Source: a bacterium (GTDB lineage: Bacteria; Patescibacteriota; Minisyncoccia; UBA6257; 02-FULL-45-10c). Taken from it: a stretch of DNA of 64,000 nt. The position numbers were made by a program, and so were the translations under genes. This document shows, piece after piece, positions 1-7,744 of this stretch; position 1 is the stretch's first letter, and each line of letters starts with the position of its first letter. The notes under the pieces are model-generated. The model had not been told where the DNA came from. It saw only the letters and a program-made list of their open reading frames with translations, and searched no databases. The stretch covers positions 2,748 to 66,747 of the forward strand of contig JAUYKI010000017.1 of NCBI GenBank assembly GCA_030700025.1. The letters run 5' to 3'.

Positions 1-68
1 TACCTTAAATCAGGCATGGGCAGGCGCTATCTAAAAAATAGATTAAAGCGCTTCCTGGCTCTAACGGG

Positions 69-1781
69 ATGACGTCAAAAAATTTAAAAATTATCATTGG
101 GGCTCTTTTGGGAGTCATTGTCATCAGCCTTTTCTATATTTATATCAACGGGCGGCGGAATTTGGACTTGGCGATTGACGCGCCCGAAGAAGCGCTAATC
201 GGCGTGCCTTTTGATTTCAGGGTTGAGTTTAGCAACCAGTCCGGCTCGGTTTTGAAAGACGTTAACTTAACGGTGAGCTTGCCGGACGGAGCGGTATTTG
301 CCGGAAGCGGAGAGGACAAATTATTGGCGAATAAGAACTTGGGCAATGTCGGCGAAGGAAGCCTGATCGCGGAAACTTACCAAATCGTTTTTTTACGAGG
401 CGGTAATACTTCCCAGGAAATAAAATCCGTTATCAGTTACGCGCCGGGCAATTTACGCACGCATTTTGAAACAGTTAAGAAAGCGGAGATAGCTGTCCGG
501 GAAAGCGGAGTGGCAGTGGAGTTGGTAGGCCCGGAAAAAGTTTTTAACGGCGAAGAGTTTAGTTTTGATCTGGTTTATCGGAATGTTTCCGAGCTGGATT
601 TTTCCAATCTGGAGTTGCGGTTGGAATATCCGCCCAGTTTTACTTTTTTGGGCTCTTCTTTGGAGCCGGATAAGGGAAAGAACACCTGGACGTTAGGAGA
701 TTTGCGGAAGGGGTCGGAGGGGACTTTTGCCATCACCGGCAGTATTATCGGTCCGGAGAATGCCACGGCGGATTTTAAGTTTGGCTTGACCGCGAATATT
801 GCCGGTAAGAATTATGACTTGGAGATTAAGCCGTTTACTATGACTATCGCTCCGTCGTCATTGGGCTTGTCGGTGGTTTTGAATAACAAGCCCGAATACA
901 TTGCTAAAGCCAACGACGATTTGAATTACGTTATCAGCTACATTAATAATACCGATACTACTTTGCGGGATGTGGTAATCCGCGCCCAAGTAGTCGGAGA
1001 GATGTTTGATTTGGGCCTTTTGAATACCGACGGTCTGTTCCGTTCCTCGGATAATAAAATTATTTGGAATTCCCAAACAACGCCTTCCTTAGGTGTAGTT
1101 TCGCCCAGCAGCGCCGGCTTTGTTAAGTTCAGCATAAAAACCAAGGCCAGTTATCCAATCCGCCGGTTTGGCGATAAGAATTTTGTTTTGCGGATTAACG
1201 CGGAAATTGAATCGCCGACTCCGCCGGATTCCGGGGCTTCTTCCCGGACTTACAGCCTGGCCCGATTAGACAGCAAAGTTTCTGGTAATATAGTATTAGA
1301 CGTACGAGGATATTTCCGGGACGCGGAGGCGGGAATTTTAAATAAAGGAACTATGCCGCCGCGGGTGGGCCAGCCGACTAATTTTACGGTTCATTGGGTT
1401 TTGAAAAATTTTGCCAATGATATTTCCGGTTTGGAAATCCGTTCGGAGCTGAAAAGCGGAGTGCAATTTACCGGCGTGGCAAAAAGCAATTTCGGCCCCC
1501 TGCCATTTTACGACGAAAAAAACCGCCAATTAGTCTGGCAGTTGGATAAATTGTCGGCAAATAAAGGCGTGGTGGATCAGCCGCTGGAAGCAATATTTCA
1601 GATAGAAGCTACGCCATCGGCGAATCAGGTAGGGAATTATATGCCGCTTCTGGGCGAGACAATGGTTAAAGCGCTGGATAGCTTTACCGGACAGGAATTT
1701 TTAGCTTCCATGTCCGCGCTGACTACCGCTCTGCCCAATGATGTGACTATCGGCTCGCAAGGAGGAGTGGTACAGCCGTAA
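69..1781 (+). CDS. Large cell-surface protein with an N-terminal TM/signal anchor and DUF11-like (CARDB-type) tandem domains
   Basis: 570-aa ORF with a hydrophobic N-terminus (IIIGALLGVIVISLFYIYI) and repeated ~100-aa modules of the type 'LxVxxPxGxxF..GS'. Its ATG sits in a CTAACGGGATG context (see findings). Confidence 0.6.
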   Translation: MTSKNLKIIIGALLGVIVISLFYIYINGRRNLDLAIDAPEEALIGVPFDFRVEFSNQSGSVLKDVNLTVSLPDGAVFAGSGEDKLLANKNLGNVGEGSLIAETYQIVFLRGGNTSQEIKSVISYAPGNLRTHFETVKKAEIAVRESGVAVELVGPEKVFNGEEFSFDLVYRNVSELDFSNLELRLEYPPSFTFLGSSLEPDKGKNTWTLGDLRKGSEGTFAITGSIIGPENATADFKFGLTANIAGKNYDLEIKPFTMTIAPSSLGLSVVLNNKPEYIAKANDDLNYVISYINNTDTTLRDVVIRAQVVGEMFDLGLLNTDGLFRSSDNKIIWNSQTTPSLGVVSPSSAGFVKFSIKTKASYPIRRFGDKNFVLRINAEIESPTPPDSGASSRTYSLARLDSKVSGNIVLDVRGYFRDAEAGILNKGTMPPRVGQPTNFTVHWVLKNFANDISGLEIRSELKSGVQFTGVAKSNFGPLPFYDEKNRQLVWQLDKLSANKGVVDQPLEAIFQIEATPSANQVGNYMPLLGETMVKALDSFTGQEFLASMSALTTALPNDVTIGSQGGVVQP

Positions 1782-1957
1782 TTTAGAATCTAATATCTAG
1801 AATCTAGAAAATAGAATTTATGAAAAATAAAGAACAAAACGATTTAATGGATCCCGTTAGAAGGTGAAGAATCTTCGTTATTTTAGTAAAATTGCCAAGT
1901 ATTATGAAAATTAATAAAAATAATCAAAAAAGTGACGTTGGGGCCCCTTCTAACGGG

Positions 1958-3340
1958 ATGGATAAGGTGATTAGCTTGTGCAAGCGGCGGGGTTTTATTT
2001 TTCCCGGATCGGAAATTTACGGGGGATTGGCAAATTCCTGGGATTACGGCCCATTAGGGGTGGAATTGAAAAATAATATCAAGCAGGAATGGTGGAGGCG
2101 TTTTGTGCATTCCCGGACGGATGTGGTGGGTTTGGATACGGCTTTAATTATGAACACCAAAGTTTGGGAAGCGAGCGGACATTTGAAGGAATTTTCTGAC
2201 CCGTTGGTGGAGTGCGATGTGTGTAAAAATCGGTGGCGTATTGATGCATTGGATCAAATGAGGGCTCGTAAAGCAGATGGCTCATATAGATGTCCAACAA
2301 TGACGGCCTCTTTTATTAAGGGGGGTGCCGATAGTTATTGCTCGGGCAAATTAAGTGAACCACGCCAGTTTAATTTAATGTTCAAAACTTTTTTAGGCCC
2401 AGTGGAAAGCGAAGACAATACAGTTTATTTCCGTCCGGAAACCGCGCAGGGAATGTTCGTAAATTTTAAAAACGTTTTAGAAACTACCCGCAAGCGTTTG
2501 CCGTTCGGCATTGCCCAGGTCGGCAAAGCATTCCGGAATGAAATTACTCCGGGCAATTTTATTTTCCGCACCCGCGAGTTTGAACAAATGGAAATAGAGT
2601 ATTTTACTCACGAAAAAGATTGGAAAGCTCATTTTGAAATGTGGCTGGAAGAAATGAGAAATTGGCTCCGGCATTTGGGGGTGAAGAAATTCCACGAAAC
2701 GGAAATTCCGGACGGCGAACGCGCCCACTATTCCAAGCGGACCGTGGATATTGAATATGACTTTCCGTTCGGCAAAAAGGAGCTTTATGGCCTGGCCTAT
2801 CGGACAGATTTTGATTTAAAAAAACACATGGATAAAAGCGGGGAGGATTTCCGGTATACCGATCCGGAAACTAATGAGAAGTTTTTACCGCATGTTATTG
2901 AGCCGACTTGGGGCGTTGACCGCTCGGTATTGGTTGCATTGCTGGAGGCTTACCATGAAGAAACGGTTAAAAGTGAAAAGTTAAAAGTGAAAAGTGAGGA
3001 CGATGAAGATACGCGGGTAGTTATGAAATTTCCAAAATGGCTGGCGCCGGTTAAGGTGGCAGTTCTGCCTCTTTCCAAGAAAGAAAATCTTTCCAGCCAA
3101 GCTAAAAAAATTCATGAAGATTTGGCAAAAGATTTTGTCTGTGAATATGACGAAACCCAAAGTATCGGCAAGCGCTATCGCCGGCAGGACGAAATTGGAA
3201 CGCCGTTTTGCGTAACAGTTGATTTTGAATCGCTGGAGGATAAAGCGGTAACGGTGAGAGATCGTGATACAATGAAACAAGAGAGAATTTCTATTTCTGA
3301 ATTAAAGAACTATCTAAATCAGAAATTAAATTCCGAATAA
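1958..3340 (+). CDS. glyQS: Glycine--tRNA ligase, dimeric class II (GlyQS type)
   Basis: Motifs RRGFIFPGSEIYGG, WDYGPLGVELKNN and FRNEITPGNFIFRTREFEQMEIEYF. Start chosen at MDKVISLCKRRGF (ATG 1958), because the ORF-track start at 1892 adds a non-conserved N-terminal extension. That ATG lies inside the right arm of a family-C palindromic element. Confidence 0.85.
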   Translation: MDKVISLCKRRGFIFPGSEIYGGLANSWDYGPLGVELKNNIKQEWWRRFVHSRTDVVGLDTALIMNTKVWEASGHLKEFSDPLVECDVCKNRWRIDALDQMRARKADGSYRCPTMTASFIKGGADSYCSGKLSEPRQFNLMFKTFLGPVESEDNTVYFRPETAQGMFVNFKNVLETTRKRLPFGIAQVGKAFRNEITPGNFIFRTREFEQMEIEYFTHEKDWKAHFEMWLEEMRNWLRHLGVKKFHETEIPDGERAHYSKRTVDIEYDFPFGKKELYGLAYRTDFDLKKHMDKSGEDFRYTDPETNEKFLPHVIEPTWGVDRSVLVALLEAYHEETVKSEKLKVKSEDDEDTRVVMKFPKWLAPVKVAVLPLSKKENLSSQAKKIHEDLAKDFVCEYDETQSIGKRYRRQDEIGTPFCVTVDFESLEDKAVTVRDRDTMKQERISISELKNYLNQKLNSE

Positions 3341-3399
3341 TTTTTTAAATTGGACATTTAGAATTTTATTAGAAATTAGATATTAGTAATTAGAAATTT

Positions 3400-4668
3400 A
3401 TGTTTAAAAAGTATGTTTTATCCAGCGGTTTAAGAGTGGTGTTGGCTCCCCAGCCGGACAATGTGGCGGCCACGGTTTTGGTATTGGTAGAGGCGGGATC
3501 AAAATACGAAACCAAAAAAATTAACGGCTTATCTCATTTTTTGGAACATTTATGTTTTAAGGGAACGGCTAAGCGGCCGACGGCGATTGCCATTGCTTCA
3601 GAATTGGAATCTTTGGGAGCGGTTTACAATGCTTTTACCGGGCACGAAGTAACCGGTTATTACGCCAAAGTCGGCGCGTCTAAAATTAATTCGGCTTTGG
3701 ATATTATCGCCGATCTTTATCAGGACCCGGTTTTTGACGAAGCGGAATTTGAAAAAGAAAAAGGAGTTATTATTGAAGAAATTAATTTATACGAAGATAC
3801 GCCGACCCGGAAAGTCCAGGAACTTTTTACGGAATTGATGTACGGCGATCAGCCGGCCGGCTGGCCCATCGGCGGTTTGAAGGAAGTAATTTTGTCGTTA
3901 AAAAAACAGGATGTTTTGAATTACCGCTCGGAGCACTACGTGGCTAAGGCTACGACCGTAGTGGTTGCTGGCGCTTTTAATGAAAAAGAAATGCTGAAAA
4001 GAATAAAAACGCTTTTTGCTAAAACTCCGGCTAACAAAAAATTCTCTAAAATCCGCACTCAAGAATCCCAGGCCCGGCCTCAAACTTTAGTGCGCTTTAA
4101 AAAATCAGACCAAACTCATTTGGTAATGGGCTTCCGGGCATTTGACCGGTACGATAAACGGCAGTACGCGCTGGAAGTTTTAGCGGATATTTTGGGCGGC
4201 GGCATGAGCTCCCGGCTTTTTCAAAGAATCAGGGCAGAATTAGGCGCGGCTTATTACGTTAAAGCCGGAACCGATTTATTTACGGATCATGGATTTTTGT
4301 CCGTATCGGCCGGAGTGGACCACCGGAAATTAAAAGAAGTTATTGAGGCAGCTTTGGGGGAGTTTAAGAAAATTTCTTCGGTTTTGGTAACTTCCAATGA
4401 GCTAGAAAAATCTAAGAATCATTTGACCGGCCAGGCGATGCTGGGTTTGGAAACCTCGGACGCCTTAGCCAGTTTTTACGGAGAACAGGAGATTTTCCAG
4501 GAAAAGATATTGAACCTTCGGGACGTTATTAAAAAAATAGAGGCCGTGACCGCTAAAGACGTTTTAAACGTTGCCCGTGAAATTATGAAGGATAAAAAGT
4601 TGAATTTGGCGCTTATCGGACCGGTCAAGAAGCTTCCGACCGGGCTGGATTTTAGTTTGGGGCGGTAG
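3400..4668 (+). CDS. M16-family zinc metallopeptidase (insulinase/pitrilysin-like)
   Basis: HxxEH inverted zinc-binding motif (HFLEHLCFKGT); 422 aa, typical M16B length and order. Confidence 0.85.
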   Translation: MFKKYVLSSGLRVVLAPQPDNVAATVLVLVEAGSKYETKKINGLSHFLEHLCFKGTAKRPTAIAIASELESLGAVYNAFTGHEVTGYYAKVGASKINSALDIIADLYQDPVFDEAEFEKEKGVIIEEINLYEDTPTRKVQELFTELMYGDQPAGWPIGGLKEVILSLKKQDVLNYRSEHYVAKATTVVVAGAFNEKEMLKRIKTLFAKTPANKKFSKIRTQESQARPQTLVRFKKSDQTHLVMGFRAFDRYDKRQYALEVLADILGGGMSSRLFQRIRAELGAAYYVKAGTDLFTDHGFLSVSAGVDHRKLKEVIEAALGEFKKISSVLVTSNELEKSKNHLTGQAMLGLETSDALASFYGEQEIFQEKILNLRDVIKKIEAVTAKDVLNVAREIMKDKKLNLALIGPVKKLPTGLDFSLGR

Positions 4669-4716
4669 GTTCTAGTAACTAACCACTAAGAGATTGCGTT
4701 ATAAATAGTATATACA

Positions 4717-5745
4717 ATGGAAAAAGGAACTTTATTTGAGATTAGCTGGAGCAGCCTGTGGCGCATAGTGGTAATGCTGGTTTTGGGCAGCATTGTTTTT
4801 TTTGCTAAAGACGTTTTGGTGGCGGTGGCTTTGGCGATAGTCATTTCCTCGGCCTTTGATCCGCTGGTGAGCGCTTTGGAGCGCTGGCGGATTCCCCGGG
4901 TTTTGGGCACTCTTGGCATTTTTATTTTGATTATTGTCGGTTTAGCAATGGTGCTTTACACTATTGTTCCTTTGGCGCTTTCGGAGTTAAACGTTTTGTT
5001 GAATACTTTAACCGAAATTGACGCTCCGTTTTTGGGATTGGAACAATTATCCGCGGTAGTTAAAACCCTTAACGAGGGAATCGGCCGGCTGGCGAATCTT
5101 TTAATCAGCGGCAGCGCTTCTATATTAGATGCCGTATCTCGGTTTTTGGGCGGAATTGCTTTAGTAATCTCGGTTTTTATCCTTTCCTTCTATTTAACTA
5201 TTGACCGGGACGGCATAGAGAACTTCTTAAAGGCAATTTTGCCGCCTAGTTACGAAGATCAGGTTTTAGATATTTATTTCCGGGTCCGGAGGAAGATTGG
5301 CCGCTGGCTGCAGGGCCAGATTTTCTTGAGCTTGAGCATCGGTTTTAGCACCTTTATAGCCCTTTGGAGTTTGGGAATTAAATACAGCCTGATCCTGGGA
5401 ATCTTGGCTGGTATGTTAGAAATTGTTCCGTTTGTGGGCCCGATTTTCAGCGGCGCCATAGCTTTCTTGATTGCCCTTTCGCAGTCATTCTCGTCGGCAA
5501 TTTACGTTCTGATACTTTTTATCGTGATTCAGCAATTAGAAGGGCATTTATTGGTACCGACTTTTATGCGTTTGGCCACCGGCTTGAATCCGGCTTTAAT
5601 TCTGATCGCCCTTTTAATCGGAAGCCAGCTTTTGGGATTTATCGGATTGATTTTGGCGGTTCCAGCCGCGGTGCTGGCGCAAGAAGTTATTAATTTCTGG
5701 TCTTTGTCTAAAAACAAAAAGAAGGCAGCGATGCTAAACGTTTAG
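4717..5745 (+). CDS. AI-2E family transporter (PerM/UPF0118 membrane protein)
   Basis: 342-aa polytopic membrane protein with the AI-2E-like pattern (…QIFLSLSIGF…LEIVPFVGPIFSGAIAFLIAL…). Confidence 0.75.
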   Translation: MEKGTLFEISWSSLWRIVVMLVLGSIVFFAKDVLVAVALAIVISSAFDPLVSALERWRIPRVLGTLGIFILIIVGLAMVLYTIVPLALSELNVLLNTLTEIDAPFLGLEQLSAVVKTLNEGIGRLANLLISGSASILDAVSRFLGGIALVISVFILSFYLTIDRDGIENFLKAILPPSYEDQVLDIYFRVRRKIGRWLQGQIFLSLSIGFSTFIALWSLGIKYSLILGILAGMLEIVPFVGPIFSGAIAFLIALSQSFSSAIYVLILFIVIQQLEGHLLVPTFMRLATGLNPALILIALLIGSQLLGFIGLILAVPAAVLAQEVINFWSLSKNKKKAAMLNV

Positions 5746-5773
5746 AATCTAGAATCTAATATCTAGAATAAGA

Positions 5774-5797
5774 ATCGCCAAAACGGCGATTTTTTAT
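5774..5797 (+). terminator. Rho-independent terminator after the AI-2E transporter gene
   Basis: Hairpin ATCGCCAAAACGGCGAT followed by TTTTTTATT. Confidence 0.7.
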
Positions 5798-5802
5798 TAT
5801 TT

Positions 5803-6092
5803 AGAACCTATCTCAATAATATTTCCTAACCGCGTTGCTAAGATAAATGCCAGATTTCAAGGCACGACGACGAAATTATGGCCATAGCCACATTGAGGAG
5901 GAGTAACGAAGAAATATGGCATTTAGACCGCAACCCAAAGGGACATAGTAAATTTTGTTCATAACTTCGTTGCTCGGGCTCGACGTAGCCAAGCTACAGT
6001 CTCGCCCCTGCCTGCCGGTAGGCAGGCTCGCGCCTTGTTCTGAATCAAAATTTACTTATATCGCGTTTGGAATTATTATTGGGATAGGTTCT
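5803..6092. repeat. Family-A palindromic intergenic element, copy 1 (~290 bp); its 3' end abuts the metG ATG
   Basis: Terminal inverted repeat AGAACCTATCTCAATAATATTTCC … GGAATTATTATTGGGATAGGTTCT. Internal conserved core GCCATAGCCACAyTGAGGAGG…AACGAAG … CTTCGTTGCTCG. Related copies at 27767-28041 and 44559-44831. Confidence 0.7.
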
Positions 6093-6093
6093 T

Positions 6094-7722
6094 ATGTCTA
6101 AGTTCTATATCACTACCTCTATTGCTTATGTTAATGCCGCCCCGCATATTGGTTTTGCGCTGGAAGCGGTTCAGGCGGACGTAGTTGCCCGCTGGCATAA
6201 GCAGGAGGAAGTCTTCTTTTTAACCGGCACAGACGAGCACGGAGCGAAAATTGCCAGGGCCGCGGCCGCCTCGCGCGGCGAGGCGCCGCCGAAAGCGAGC
6301 CTCGCCACTGGCGGGAGCCTCGCCCCAAAGGGGCGGGAAGCCGACAATAAGTTAATAAAAGAATTTGTTGATCAGCAAGCAGAAAAGTTTAAAGCGTTAA
6401 AAAGCGCGCTTAATTTATCCTGGGACAACTTCATCCGGACTTCCGACCAAAAAGTTCATTGGCCGGTGGCGCAAGAAGTCTGGAAGCGGATTGCGGAGGC
6501 GGGCGATTTATATAAAAAAACTTATCAGGGGCTTTATTGCGTCGGCCACGAAGCGTTTGTTACCCAGAAAGACTTAGTGGCGGAAACCCCGACGCTAGAG
6601 GGTCGGGGCTCCGACCGAAGCGCCGGAGATGCCTTAGTATGTAAAGATCATAAAAAAGCCCCGGAGCTTATAGAAGAAGAAAACTGGTTTTTTAAATTAT
6701 CAAAATATACGAAAGATATTGAATTGCGAATAAAGAATGATGAATTACGGATTATTCCGGAAGGCCGGAAAAATGAGGTTTTGGGCTTGCTTAAGGACGA
6801 TCCGGAAGATGGTTCGGCAAGCTCACCACAAGACGTGAGTTTCTCCCGGCCGAGCAAAGACTTAACCTGGGGCGTTCCGGTGCCGGGCGATGATTCGCAA
6901 ACCATGTATGTCTGGGCAGATGCCCTCACGAACTATATTAGCGGTTATGGCGGAGTTAAAAACTGGGAAAAGCATCCGGCGGATATCCATTTTATCGGTA
7001 AAGATATTTTACGTTTTCACGCGATCATTTGGCCGGCGATGCTTTTATCGGCAAAATTGCCCTTGCCGAAAACTATTTTTGTGCACGGCCATATTTTGTC
7101 TGACGGGCAGAAGATGTCTAAATCCTTAGGCAATGTGGTGGATCCGTTTGAATTAGTAAAAAAGTATGGTTCGGCAAGCTCATCACAAGCTGGCACAGAT
7201 GCAGTTCGGTATTTTCTTTTGCGGGAAATTCCGTCGGCGGAAGACGGCGATTTTAGCTATGAAAAATTTACCCAGCGGTATAACGCGGATTTGGCAAACG
7301 GATTAGGTAATTTTGCGGCCCGGGTTTTAACCCTTGCGAGTAATTACAGCGAATATTTTACAATTCACGCTAACCCCCAGAACGTTCACGAGGTGGTTAA
7401 TGACAAAATTAAGGAAACCCAATTATTAGCTAATAAGAAAATCACGGATTTTAAACTTAACGAAGCACTAGAAATAATTTGGAGCTTAATCCATTTTGGG
7501 GATCAGTATATAAATGAAAAAAAACCATGGGAGCGAAAGGATGAAAAAATAATAGAGGCAAATGGCGTAGCGATTCACAGTTCGGTAGCAATTTTAAATA
7601 ACGTGGCGATTTTACTCCAACCATTTTTGCCGGACACCGCGGATAAAATTACCAAGAGCATCGTTTGGGAAGAAGGTAGGCTGGAAATCCAAAAGACCGA
7701 AAATTTATTTCCGAGATTGTAA
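6094..7722 (+). CDS. metG: Methionine--tRNA ligase (core enzyme, no C-terminal tRNA-binding extension)
   Basis: N-terminal HIGH region (YVNAAPHIGFALEA), KMSKS motif (QKMSKSLGN), and the DAVRYFLLREIP anticodon-binding motif. Contains three in-frame low-complexity insertions (see findings). Confidence 0.9.
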   Translation: MSKFYITTSIAYVNAAPHIGFALEAVQADVVARWHKQEEVFFLTGTDEHGAKIARAAAASRGEAPPKASLATGGSLAPKGREADNKLIKEFVDQQAEKFKALKSALNLSWDNFIRTSDQKVHWPVAQEVWKRIAEAGDLYKKTYQGLYCVGHEAFVTQKDLVAETPTLEGRGSDRSAGDALVCKDHKKAPELIEEENWFFKLSKYTKDIELRIKNDELRIIPEGRKNEVLGLLKDDPEDGSASSPQDVSFSRPSKDLTWGVPVPGDDSQTMYVWADALTNYISGYGGVKNWEKHPADIHFIGKDILRFHAIIWPAMLLSAKLPLPKTIFVHGHILSDGQKMSKSLGNVVDPFELVKKYGSASSSQAGTDAVRYFLLREIPSAEDGDFSYEKFTQRYNADLANGLGNFAARVLTLASNYSEYFTIHANPQNVHEVVNDKIKETQLLANKKITDFKLNEALEIIWSLIHFGDQYINEKKPWERKDEKIIEANGVAIHSSVAILNNVAILLQPFLPDTADKITKSIVWEEGRLEIQKTENLFPRL

Positions 7723-7744
7723 TAACCCCGGTACTAAAAAGAAA

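Noticed and set aside
1892-1957. Upstream start for glyQS at 1892
   Set aside because: The added 22 residues (MPSIMKINKNNQKSDVGAPSNG) are not GlyRS-like and overlap a family-C palindromic element. The conserved N-terminus begins at ATG 1958.
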